From positions 1-36,697 of the forward strand of contig CBDVDH010000040.1 in the NCBI GenBank assembly GCA_965372715.1: 36,697 nt of DNA, read 5' to 3'. The translations under genes were made by a program, and so were the position numbers. Shown here piece by piece: positions 27,297 through 36,697 of the stretch; within the stretch, counting starts at the first letter, position 1, and every line of letters starts with the position of its first letter. A model generated the notes under the pieces. That model worked only from the letters and a program-made list of their open reading frames with translations, ran no database searches and was not told where the DNA came from. Source of the DNA: an uncultured bacterium (GTDB lineage Bacteria; B130-G9).

Positions 27297-28658
27297 CTAT
27301 CTCCACGTCAGCCGTTGGCGCGTGATCTGCTTGCCGAGCTCGACGCCGGGTTGGTTGAACGCGTTGACGTTGTAGAGCTCGCCGGCGAAGGCTGTCGCGA
27401 GCATGAACATCATCAGGAGCTGGCCCATTGTCTCAGCGCTGACCGTCGGGAGGGCTATCGAGCAGGTAGGCCTTGAGCGCTGTTTCAGGGCGAGCTCGGT
27501 GCCGAGCTTCTCTGTCCTGATCAGCTCGGTGAGCGTGTGGCCCGCGAGGTAGCCGATCTTGGAATCGTCCCTGAAGTCGTCTGGGATGATGAGGTCGCGG
27601 TCGAATCGCTCCACGTCAAGGAACGTTATGATCTTGTCGAACGGGCCTTCCATGAAGAGCTGGTTCTGCGAGTGCTGGTCGGTGGCGCCCACCGCCGGAA
27701 GCGGCGTCTGGCCGACGTTCACCGTCTCGCCATCGCGGCTCTTGGCCTTGCCGAGGCTCTCCGCCCACAGCTGCACGAACCAGTTCGCGAACGTCACTAG
27801 CCGCCCGCTGTACGGGAACATCACGTTTATGTGCTTGTCTCTCGTTGTGTCAGCGAGAAAATAGACCGTCGCGGCGAGGTATCCGGGGCTCTGCATCACA
27901 TCGCGCCCCCTGAGGCACGCCTCGACCATCCGGCGGGCGCCCTGAAGGAACCCGTCAACGTCGATGCCACAAAGTGCGGCGGGGAAGAGACCGACGGCTG
28001 AGAGCACTGAGAACCTGCCACCCAGCTTCGGCGGGATTGGCAATGTGTAGAACCCATTCTGTGTCGCAAGCTGGCGCAAAAAGCCCTTCTCGGGGTCGGT
28101 GATGGCGACCACGTGAGACGCCGCATTTGACTGGCCGACTTCGTTCGCGAGGCGCTTGTAGGCGATTACGAAGTTGGCCATCGTCTCGGGCGTCGTGCCT
28201 GACTTGCTCGTCACGACGAAGAGGGTCTTCGAGAGATCGAGCGTTTCGAGTAGCGCGGAGGTGATGTCAGGATCGACGTTGTCGAGCACGAACCACCTGG
28301 GCCTCCCGTTCCGTTGTTCCGCGCTCAACAGGTTGTGCATTGGATGCATTAGAGCTGAATGAAGCGTCGTGTTGCCGAGCGCCGAGCCGCCGATGCCCAT
28401 GACGACGAGGTTCTCGAACTTGCCGTAGAGCTTCTGCGCGAGCGATTTGGCCTCCGCTGCGACTTTCTCGTCGTAGATCACATCAGCGAAGGCGAGGTTC
28501 CCGTCCGCCCGCATCCCAGCCAGCGCCTCGGCCGCCTGTTTGCCTCTCTTTGCCGCAAACTCCGCAAGCAGGCCCTCATTTATGCCATTCTCTCTGCCGA
28601 CCGCGCTCTCCAGAGCGTTTGTGCAGTCAAACACCAAGACGTCAGTATCTTTGTCCAC
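27297..28658 (-). CDS. pgi: Glucose-6-phosphate isomerase
   Basis: GIGGSALG, SKSGTTPET, GGRFSVLS, QLWAESLGK, GATDQHS, FNQPGVELGK. Confidence 0.97.
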   Translation of the reverse strand: MDKDTDVLVFDCTNALESAVGRENGINEGLLAEFAAKRGKQAAEALAGMRADGNLAFADVIYDEKVAAEAKSLAQKLYGKFENLVVMGIGGSALGNTTLHSALMHPMHNLLSAEQRNGRPRWFVLDNVDPDITSALLETLDLSKTLFVVTSKSGTTPETMANFVIAYKRLANEVGQSNAASHVVAITDPEKGFLRQLATQNGFYTLPIPPKLGGRFSVLSAVGLFPAALCGIDVDGFLQGARRMVEACLRGRDVMQSPGYLAATVYFLADTTRDKHINVMFPYSGRLVTFANWFVQLWAESLGKAKSRDGETVNVGQTPLPAVGATDQHSQNQLFMEGPFDKIITFLDVERFDRDLIIPDDFRDDSKIGYLAGHTLTELIRTEKLGTELALKQRSRPTCSIALPTVSAETMGQLLMMFMLATAFAGELYNVNAFNQPGVELGKQITRQRLTWR

Positions 28659-28842
28659 CAGGTCCTCCGAATCTGCGAGTGCGGTTCATGTTCCTTGGTT
28701 TCCTCCCTCGTATCAATCTATTCAAAGAGCCTGGACGAGTCAATCGTTCAAAGCAGGCTGACTTTTTGCGGCGATTGAGTAGTATTGCACAAATGTTGAT
28801 CTGACCTTGGGCCCTATTTGCTCTGTAATCGAGGAGAACCAA

Positions 28843-31800
28843 ATGCTAAAGAAAACGTTGTTTGTGGTGTTATTCTGCCTTGTGGCTTACGTTTTGACGA
28901 TCGCTATCGTCCCCGAAGGCGTCGAGCCGCCGCTTCTAAAGCTGCGGCTTTTGACTTTCAACCCGGCGGAGATTGACGCGCTCGGAATACCGGACGAGCT
29001 TCTGCTCCAGTCGTATCCGCCGGGCGCCGATGGCCTCTATATCGTCCAATTCTCGGGCCCCGTGGAGCCTGAGCAGAGGGAGGCGCTGCTCGATGCGGGC
29101 GCGGGCATTGTCGGCTATCTGCCTGATTACGCCTATCTCGTTACGATGGCAGACGAATGTTGGGACCAAGTGTCTCAGTGGCCTCACGACGGCGCGTGGG
29201 ACGCGGCCTGGGCGGGGCTTTATCAGCCAGCCTTCAAGATAAGTCCAAGCCTGCTTCAAGTTTCTTCGGGCGATGATTCCGTGGAGATCATTGTCCAGCA
29301 ATATGGCGAAAGCCGCGAGTCGCTCGACTCGCTGGTTGATGCGGTGTTTGCGAGCGAGGCGCGGACGGACATCGTGGGAGAATCCGCGTTCAAGACCACT
29401 CAGCGGCTTAGGGTCAGGGTCTTTCGTGACGATCTGTATCAGTTTGTGACCGAAATAGCCCGCCGTCCGAATGTCCTGTGGATTGAGCCGTATTACGTCC
29501 CTGTTCTGCTGAACGACAACTCTCGCTGGATATGCCAGTCTTATTCGTCAGGCGCCATGCCGGTGTGGGACAATGGCATCCACGGCGAAGGGCAGACAGT
29601 AGGTATATCCGATACGGGTCTCGACGCCGATAGTTGTTTCTTCTACGACTCGTCGGAGGGACTTCCGGATTCGTCGGTCAACAACGACCAGCGAAAGACC
29701 ATCGTGTATTACGACCTTGCGGGCGACGGCGGCTGGGATAACTACGGTCACGGGACACACTGCGCGGGCACGATAGCGGGAGATAACTCCGCGACGTTGG
29801 AGGGATACGACACCGGCGATGGAATGGCGTATTGCGCCAAGCTTGTCGTGCAGGACGTCGGGCTCGGCGGATCGCTGGTTGGCCTACCGGACAACCTGAA
29901 CACGCTGTTTGGTCAGGCAAGAAACGCCGGTGCGCGAGTGCATTCCAACAGCTGGGGCACCAGCTACAACGGCTATAGCGCTTCTTCACAGGACGTGGAC
30001 GAGTTCATGTGGGACAACCCCACGTTCCTGATCGTCTTCGCTGCCGGTAATAGCGGCCCGGACGTGCATACGGTTGGGTCCCCGGCGACGGCGAAGAACC
30101 TCGTTACGGCGGGCGCTGCGCAGAACGCTTATTCTGGGCAGGACCCCGAGAATGTGGCCTCTTTCAGCAGCAACGGTCCGACCGAAGATGGCCGCGCGAA
30201 GCCCACGGTGTGCGCACCGGGGCAGACGGTTCAGTCAGCTTCTTCCGATCACAATGTCTATACCTACAATTGTAGCCTAACACATATGCAGGGCACGAGC
30301 ATGGCCTGTCCCACGACGGCCGGATTGGCCACGCTTGTTCGACAGTACTATACCGACGGCTATTATCCCACTGGCTCTGCGACACCGGCCGACGAGTTCA
30401 CGCCGAGCGCCGCGCTTTTGAAGGCGACGCTTGTCAATTCCGGGATGAACATGACCGGCGATTACACCGACGACCCAATTCCCAGCACGGGTCAGGGGTG
30501 GGGGCGCATCCTTCTTGACGACGCGCTGTACTTCGTCGGCGATCAATGCCGTATGGATGTCTATGACGTGTCACCGGGGCTTTCAACGGGACAGGATGAC
30601 ACCTATCAGATAAAGTGCCCGGGCAACTGCAAGCTTGAGATCACGCTTGTTTGGACCGATTATGAGTCGACGCTTTCTGCCGGCGCCAACCTCGTCAATG
30701 ACCTTGACCTTACAGTTGAGGCGCCCGATTCGACTACTTTCAGGGGTAACAACTACTCCGGTGGGAGCTCGGCCCCAGACGGTTCCTACGACCGGCTGAA
30801 CGTCGTGGAATGTGTCCAGATAGATGACCCGAGTCCCGGCACGTATCAGGTAACTGTGACAGCCCACAACACACCAATGGGACCCCAGCCATACGCGCTC
30901 GTTGTCACGGGTGGGTGCTCCAACGAACCGCCGGAACTCTCCAACGGCGACGTCTCCCCCGACTCTGGCGTCGAGACAGATACGTTCACCTATTCGGTGG
31001 ATTATTTCGACGAGGACGGCGACAGGCCTCGCACGAAGAACGTCTATATTGATGGGCAGCCGCAAGCGATGTCGCTTCTGACCGGGGCCGAGAGCGACGG
31101 CAGATACTCATACGAGACGCTTCTGCCGTCGGGCACGCACAACTTCTACTTCTACTACGACGACGGCCGAGGCGACTACATAAGATTGCCTGCAACGGGA
31201 GCTTATTCGGGACCGAGCGTTGATGGTTCTCCGCCCCAATCGACGTGCTGGTGTGACGAGTATTCGAGCGCTCCGATAGCGGTGGACTTCTCGGCGTCCG
31301 ACGCCGAAAGCGGCGTGCTGAGGACCGACCTTTACTACAGATACGAATCAGGCGGCTGGACCGACTCCGGCGAATCACTGGGAGGCAACGCAGGGACGTT
31401 TACGTTCAATCCCCCGTACGGCGAGGGAATCTACTATTTCTATACAATAGCGACCGATGCGGCTGGCAATCAGGAGGAGCCCCCGGCAGAGCCCGACGCG
31501 CAGGTGTTCCACGATGCGGGCGCGCCCAGCTCGAGCTGCACTGGGCCTGATTGCGCCTCGAGCACAGTCGAGATCGATTTTACTGCGAGCGATGGCACCG
31601 GCAGCGGCGTCGATCAGACCTATTTGTGGTATCGGTATGAGAGTGGCTCTTGGCGCCAGCACGACGAGCCGATGAGCGGCGAGTCGGGGACATTCTCGTT
31701 CGCGCCTCAAGACGGAGACGGTACGTATTCCTTCTACACAATCGCCGCGGACAGAGCCGGCAATCAAGAGTCGGCGCCGGCTAGTCCAGATACTCAAGTC

Positions 31801-34800
31801 GAGGTGGAGACAGTTCCTCCTCAGTCGAGCTGCACGGCCCCCCGGATATCAAATGAGCCGGACATCTCGATTGATTACACGGCGTCAGATGCGCAATCCG
31901 GCCTCGAGGCCGTGCGGCTCTGGTATAGATACGGGACTGGCGCGTGGAACGACACCGGCGAAGATCGAACGGGCTCTTCGGGCGTCTATGATTTTCACTT
32001 CCAAAGAGGCGACGGCAATTACTACTTCTACACGATAGCGAGGGATGTCGCCGGGAATGTTGAGGCCCCACCCGTGGGTCCCGACACGTTCACGATCTTC
32101 GACACCGCCAAGCCGGTATCGTTCTGCACAGCGCCTGAGTGCACCCCGTCCGGCGCCATAACGATTTGGTTCGAGTCCAGCGACGAGGGGACAAACATCG
32201 AAGGCACCAGGCTTTATGCGAGATTCGGGGACGGCGAGTTCGAGGACACCGGCCTTTCGGAGCAAGGGACGTTGGGGCAGTTCGATTACGTGGCCGATCA
32301 GGGCGAGGGAACCTACTATTTCTACAGCCTGGCAGAGGACAAGGCAGGAAACGTGGAGGACCCGCCCCCAAGCCATGACACCGCCACTGTCCTCGATTCT
32401 ACTGAACCGAGCTCCGTGTGCGCCTCGCCCGAGTTCGCATCGACCATCTTCACGGTTACTTTCGACGCGGAGGACTGGGGATGCGGGATCAACCACACGA
32501 GTCTCTTCGTCAGCTTCCAGGGCGGCGCCTTCGCAGAGTGGGGCGACCCAGTCGAGGGCGACTCGGGCGCGTTTGAGTTTGCGGCTGCCGAAGGGGACGG
32601 CCCATACGGCTTCTACACACTGGCACTCGATCGGGCCGGCAACGAGGAGACCCCACCCGCGACCGAGGATACGATAACGATCGTGGATACCGTGCCAGCG
32701 AGTTCCTCCTGCACGTGTCCGCCGTACTCGACTCATGCAAGCATCGCTGTCGAGTTCCTCGCCTCCGACAATGGCTCCCAGGTGACATCGACAACGCTGT
32801 GGTATCGGGTCGCTGGTGGCGATTTCGCGGACTCCGACCTCACGATGCCGGGTGGCTCAGGCACATTCGAGTTCAGCGCCCCGGACGGCGAGGCACGATA
32901 CGAGTTCTACACAATCGCGACGGATAGGGCTGGCAATCGGGAGGGAAGGCCATCGGAGCCGGACGCCGCCTGCACGTTTGATGCGACCGCGCCCCAGTCA
33001 TCCTGCATCTCGCCAGCTGCCGCGAACGAGTCCCCCATTACTATCAGCTTCACGGCGAGCGATTCGCTCTCTGGCATCGCGCAGACGGAGCTCCTGTTCG
33101 GTTTCGAGGGAGGGGACTGGGAGTATTCGGGCCTCCAGGCGACAGGCACGTCAGGTGAGTTTGCATTCGCGTCGCCTTACGGCGCAGGCGCTTATGATTT
33201 CGCTGCGGTCTGCTCCGACCTCGCAGGGAACGTGGAGGGGTTTTCAGAAGTGGCCGACTGCTTCACGTTCTTTGATGAGAACATGCCAATCTCAAGCTGC
33301 TCATCTCCGGCGGTTGCGACCGGCACTTCGATTGATGTATCGTTCAGCGCGAGCGGAGGCCTAAGCGGCCTTCAGCAGGTTGAACTCTGGTTCACCTTTG
33401 AGGGAGGCGCCCCGCAGGACAGCGGGCTTGTGGCGAACGAGACGGAGGGCCGTTTCGAGTTTGAGGCAGACCTCGGCGATGGCCAATACGGCTTCTTCGT
33501 GATCGCTACCAACAATGATGGCATCCGCGAGCAGGAGCCGACAGCTCCCGATTCGGTTACGCTGCTCGACTCAACCCCGCCGGATACAACCTGCGACGCG
33601 CCGCAGTTTGCGACTGAGTCGTCAATCACGGTCGGCTTCTTCTCGACCGACGAGCATTCAGCGATCGGCAGCGCCTCGCTGTATTACCGAATCGACGGCG
33701 GCGAGTGGGAGCTCTTCGACACCATCGACGGTGCCGCGTGGGGAGCATTCTCGTTCGCGTTTCCGGGACCGGAAGGCGTCTATGACTTTGACGTTGCGGC
33801 TGTTGACGGTCTCGGCAATGCAGAGTCGATGGGCGGCGTGGCCTGTTCGACAACCGTCTATGATGTTACCCCACCAATCTCGAACAGTGTCTCGCCGGCG
33901 TATGCGATTCAGTCAGCGATTGAGGTTCAATATGAGGCCTCAGACAACCTCTCGGGCGTCGCGTTCGTTGACCTTTACTATCAGTTTGACGGTGGGAATT
34001 GGGAGTATTTCGGGACGAATTCCGACGATGCTGTCGGGACCTTTGATTTCAATCTTGCGCTCACTGAGGGTCTCTGGGGCTTCGCGACCGCGGCGCACGA
34101 CCCGGCCGGAAACGTCGAGCAGCTACCGGGTGACGCCAAGACCCAGACGGCCGTCGATTGGACCCCGCCCAGGGTCACCGTCTCGACCCTCGCGTGGGCA
34201 AGCATGAGCACGCTCGACATCGCCTTCGAGGCGACCGACGCCGTCTCCGGTTTTGCCGAGGCAACGTTGTGGTATCGGTTCGATCAAGGGGATTGGCGCC
34301 TGACTGACGTTACATTCGCGCCGCAGAGCGATATGCTGCAATTCGTATTCGCGGATGGTGAAGGCCCGTATGATTTCTGGGTTGAGGTGAATGATTCCGC
34401 TGGCAACACCACGGGCGAGCCTCAGGAGGCCCAGGCGAGCACGATTTACGACGCCGCGCCGCCGACCTCAAGCTGCACAGCGCCGGAGTATGCCACCGAC
34501 GCTCATATCACCGTATCATTCCAGGCGGGCGATGCGCTTTCTGATCGGGTCTTCACGGAGCTGCATTACAGTTTGAGCGGGGCTCAGTGGGTGAAAATGC
34601 CACAGGTTGTCGAAGGTTTAGACGGGGAGCTCGAATTCGCGGCCCCGGCCGATGGCAGATATGAGTTCAAGACGATCTCAACCGACCTGGCGGGCAATTC
34701 GGAACCAGGCGGCAAGACGCCGGGTTGCGCCACTATTCTCGATACCCACGCGCCTTCATCCACGTGCGAGGCGCCGGACCTGGTCACGTCCACGCTGGTT

Positions 34801-36603
34801 ACGATCGCCTTTTCGGCAAGCGACGAGACGAGCGGGGTCTTGCGGACGGCGCTCTGGGTCAGTTACGAGGGTGGCGAGTTTGGTGATACTGGCCTCGCGG
34901 TCGAGGGGGACACAGGTGAGTTTGATGTTGCGCTCGTGCAGGGCGACGGGGCGTATTCGTTCTACACGGTCTGTGAGGACGTGGCGGGCAACGTTGAGCC
35001 TGAAAAGGACACGCCGGACACGAGTCTGATACTCGATACGAGCGCTCCCGATTCGACGTGCGAAGGCCCGCAGTATGCCACGAAAACCTTCATATTGACG
35101 TTCACGGCTGGGGAGAGCGCATCGGACATCGACAAGGTCTCGCTTTACTACAAGTTCGAGGACGGAGCATGGGAGGACACGGGCCTCTTCGTTAGGGCGG
35201 CCTCGGGTGGGTTCACATTCACCCCCGAGGACGGCGATGGCTACTACTACTTCGCAACGCGCGCCCGGGATGTGGCGGGCAACGAGGAGGCGCCGCAGCA
35301 GCAGGCGGACTGCGTTACGATCGTTGACACCGAGCGGCCCACATCAACATCGAGCTGCGACGAGCTGACGAACCAGCCGCGAGTTTCGATTGCGTTCGAG
35401 GCGTCCGACACGTTGAGCGGCGTCGCCTCGGTTGATCTCTACTACTCGCGCGAAGGGGGATTGTTCTCCCCGACCGGGTACTCGTCGGACGAGGCGTCGG
35501 GAACGTTCGATTTTGAGTTGTTGGGTGGCAATGGTCTGTATGTCTTCTACACTGCTGCGACCGATAACGCCGGAAACACCCAGCCGGGACCATCGGCGCC
35601 TCATTGCTCGGTCCTATACGATTCTGTGCCGCCGGGGACGTCGTGCGAGTCGCCGGATTCAACCTCCAGCCCTTCGGTGGAGGTTTTTTTCATGGCGCTG
35701 GATGCGGGCAGCGGCGTTGTCGAGACAAGGCTTCTATATCGCCTGTCAGTGGCCTCTACGTGGTCCAATTCGGGCCTCACCATGCCCGATGGGGCAGGCA
35801 CGTTTGTGTTCGTCTTCCCCGATGGGGAGGGCCTCTACGAGTTCAGAGCCGTTTCGACGGACAGGGCTGGCAACGAGGAGCCTGCGGGCGACACCCCGTG
35901 CTCCACGACGCTGTATCAGCCAGAAGCGCCTGAGCCTGACCTGTGGGTCTCGGCGGAGTCTCACGATTTCGGCGCGCTTCAGGTAGGGAACGTGCGTGCC
36001 TTCAGACTCGTCGTCCGCAACGACGGCGCCGCCGAACTTTCTGTCGATGCCGTGGAGACCAGCGGCGACCCATTCTACTTCGTCGGTCCAGGTTCGTTCA
36101 CTCTCCCGCCGGGTGGGGAGACGGGCCTCAATGTCTTCTATCTGTGCGGCAGCGACATAGCCATGCCTGGGCACATTGACATTCGGTCGAACGATCCGGA
36201 CACGCCCGAGAAGCGGATAGGGCTTTCAGGTTCCGTGTCCCAGGATGACACGCCGTTTGTCACGGTCGTAACCGACAGGGCCGAGTATCATCTCGGTGAT
36301 ACCATCTGGGCGCTTTATACCGTCGGCAACCCCGGGCCTGATGTCCCGGTCGATGCATACGCGGCGGTTCAACTGCCCGGCGACCCGAACCTCTATTTCT
36401 TCCCGAGCTTCGGGACCTCGCCGGCGCCGATTTCATTGACACTGCCGCAGGGCGCATACATCCCGCCAACAATGCTCCTCACGCTCGAACTGGCCAATCC
36501 TATCCCAACGGGTGAATACGTTTTCTATGCCGCCCTATGCGTGCAGGGGTCTGATTTCGAGCTGATTAGCGAGCTATCGGTGGCCACCTTCAGCTACAGG
36601 TAG
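28843..36603 (+). CDS. Giant secreted S8 subtilase (KP-43-like) with 16 tandem beta-rich repeats
   Basis: GAGGAG-N6-ATG; signal peptide; catalytic ISDTG, HGTHCAGT, AAGNSG, GTSMACP; QGWGR; jelly-roll TLVWTD/VNDLDL; repeats; late Ig-like domain (HDFG...RNDG...SNDPDTP). Confidence 0.93.
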   Translation: MLKKTLFVVLFCLVAYVLTIAIVPEGVEPPLLKLRLLTFNPAEIDALGIPDELLLQSYPPGADGLYIVQFSGPVEPEQREALLDAGAGIVGYLPDYAYLVTMADECWDQVSQWPHDGAWDAAWAGLYQPAFKISPSLLQVSSGDDSVEIIVQQYGESRESLDSLVDAVFASEARTDIVGESAFKTTQRLRVRVFRDDLYQFVTEIARRPNVLWIEPYYVPVLLNDNSRWICQSYSSGAMPVWDNGIHGEGQTVGISDTGLDADSCFFYDSSEGLPDSSVNNDQRKTIVYYDLAGDGGWDNYGHGTHCAGTIAGDNSATLEGYDTGDGMAYCAKLVVQDVGLGGSLVGLPDNLNTLFGQARNAGARVHSNSWGTSYNGYSASSQDVDEFMWDNPTFLIVFAAGNSGPDVHTVGSPATAKNLVTAGAAQNAYSGQDPENVASFSSNGPTEDGRAKPTVCAPGQTVQSASSDHNVYTYNCSLTHMQGTSMACPTTAGLATLVRQYYTDGYYPTGSATPADEFTPSAALLKATLVNSGMNMTGDYTDDPIPSTGQGWGRILLDDALYFVGDQCRMDVYDVSPGLSTGQDDTYQIKCPGNCKLEITLVWTDYESTLSAGANLVNDLDLTVEAPDSTTFRGNNYSGGSSAPDGSYDRLNVVECVQIDDPSPGTYQVTVTAHNTPMGPQPYALVVTGGCSNEPPELSNGDVSPDSGVETDTFTYSVDYFDEDGDRPRTKNVYIDGQPQAMSLLTGAESDGRYSYETLLPSGTHNFYFYYDDGRGDYIRLPATGAYSGPSVDGSPPQSTCWCDEYSSAPIAVDFSASDAESGVLRTDLYYRYESGGWTDSGESLGGNAGTFTFNPPYGEGIYYFYTIATDAAGNQEEPPAEPDAQVFHDAGAPSSSCTGPDCASSTVEIDFTASDGTGSGVDQTYLWYRYESGSWRQHDEPMSGESGTFSFAPQDGDGTYSFYTIAADRAGNQESAPASPDTQVEVETVPPQSSCTAPRISNEPDISIDYTASDAQSGLEAVRLWYRYGTGAWNDTGEDRTGSSGVYDFHFQRGDGNYYFYTIARDVAGNVEAPPVGPDTFTIFDTAKPVSFCTAPECTPSGAITIWFESSDEGTNIEGTRLYARFGDGEFEDTGLSEQGTLGQFDYVADQGEGTYYFYSLAEDKAGNVEDPPPSHDTATVLDSTEPSSVCASPEFASTIFTVTFDAEDWGCGINHTSLFVSFQGGAFAEWGDPVEGDSGAFEFAAAEGDGPYGFYTLALDRAGNEETPPATEDTITIVDTVPASSSCTCPPYSTHASIAVEFLASDNGSQVTSTTLWYRVAGGDFADSDLTMPGGSGTFEFSAPDGEARYEFYTIATDRAGNREGRPSEPDAACTFDATAPQSSCISPAAANESPITISFTASDSLSGIAQTELLFGFEGGDWEYSGLQATGTSGEFAFASPYGAGAYDFAAVCSDLAGNVEGFSEVADCFTFFDENMPISSCSSPAVATGTSIDVSFSASGGLSGLQQVELWFTFEGGAPQDSGLVANETEGRFEFEADLGDGQYGFFVIATNNDGIREQEPTAPDSVTLLDSTPPDTTCDAPQFATESSITVGFFSTDEHSAIGSASLYYRIDGGEWELFDTIDGAAWGAFSFAFPGPEGVYDFDVAAVDGLGNAESMGGVACSTTVYDVTPPISNSVSPAYAIQSAIEVQYEASDNLSGVAFVDLYYQFDGGNWEYFGTNSDDAVGTFDFNLALTEGLWGFATAAHDPAGNVEQLPGDAKTQTAVDWTPPRVTVSTLAWASMSTLDIAFEATDAVSGFAEATLWYRFDQGDWRLTDVTFAPQSDMLQFVFADGEGPYDFWVEVNDSAGNTTGEPQEAQASTIYDAAPPTSSCTAPEYATDAHITVSFQAGDALSDRVFTELHYSLSGAQWVKMPQVVEGLDGELEFAAPADGRYEFKTISTDLAGNSEPGGKTPGCATILDTHAPSSTCEAPDLVTSTLVTIAFSASDETSGVLRTALWVSYEGGEFGDTGLAVEGDTGEFDVALVQGDGAYSFYTVCEDVAGNVEPEKDTPDTSLILDTSAPDSTCEGPQYATKTFILTFTAGESASDIDKVSLYYKFEDGAWEDTGLFVRAASGGFTFTPEDGDGYYYFATRARDVAGNEEAPQQQADCVTIVDTERPTSTSSCDELTNQPRVSIAFEASDTLSGVASVDLYYSREGGLFSPTGYSSDEASGTFDFELLGGNGLYVFYTAATDNAGNTQPGPSAPHCSVLYDSVPPGTSCESPDSTSSPSVEVFFMALDAGSGVVETRLLYRLSVASTWSNSGLTMPDGAGTFVFVFPDGEGLYEFRAVSTDRAGNEEPAGDTPCSTTLYQPEAPEPDLWVSAESHDFGALQVGNVRAFRLVVRNDGAAELSVDAVETSGDPFYFVGPGSFTLPPGGETGLNVFYLCGSDIAMPGHIDIRSNDPDTPEKRIGLSGSVSQDDTPFVTVVTDRAEYHLGDTIWALYTVGNPGPDVPVDAYAAVQLPGDPNLYFFPSFGTSPAPISLTLPQGAYIPPTMLLTLELANPIPTGEYVFYAALCVQGSDFELISELSVATFSYR
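31222..35915 (+). repeat. 16 x ~98-aa protein-level repeats
   Basis: Recurring P.S.C, F.ASD..SG, L.YR...G.W, G.F.F, G.Y.FYT.A.D.AGN.E; 16 AGN-type motifs counted, two of them variant. Confidence 0.88.
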
Positions 36604-36611
36604 GTACTTCC

Positions 36612-36678
36612 GTAGGGGCGGTGCTTGCCCCGCCCTTCATACGTTCGGAATCGGCGTGTAGGGGCGGTGTCTCAGACC
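36612..36678 (+). repeat. Two GTAG-type REP-like elements
   Basis: GTAG GGGCGG-TGCTTGCC-CCGCCC at 36612-36635 and a partial GTAGGGGCGGTGTCTCAGACC at 36658-36678. Confidence 0.6.
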
Positions 36679-36697
36679 TAACAATTGTACGCATATT

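Noticed and set aside
28936-36472. Many alternative-frame and antisense ORFs within the protease gene
   Set aside because: By-products of biased codon usage in one long CDS

Overview
This is a GC-rich bacterial chromosomal window with no rRNA, tRNA or CRISPR. Contents from left to right: (1) a minus-strand run of B12-type radical SAM, archaeal-type cyclic 2,3-diphosphoglycerate synthetase, LolA, DUF151 nuclease and an FHA-GAF-adenylate cyclase; (2) a 4.8-kb segment (6503-11267) bracketed by IS1380-like terminal inverted repeats, holding a dead transposase stub, a frameshifted MrfA/YprA-type DUF1998 helicase, a 71-bp palindromic tandem array and a Fic gene; (3) membrane proteins and a single-domain response regulator downstream of a sigma-54 promoter; (4) a 1756-aa pseudokinase-STAND ATPase-TPR-GAF-sigma54 activator; (5) TatA/B and an OPT transporter; (6) a candidate DNA-modification cluster, with a methyltransferase-SNase fusion convergent on an SPL-like radical SAM plus TcmP pair; (7) pgi; (8) a ~2590-aa secreted subtilase with 16 tandem beta-rich repeats. 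The best candidates for an undescribed system are the SPL-like radical SAM/TcmP/MTase cluster and the IS1380-bounded repeat-array/Fic/helicase module. All family calls come from motif recognition by eye; no database search was run.
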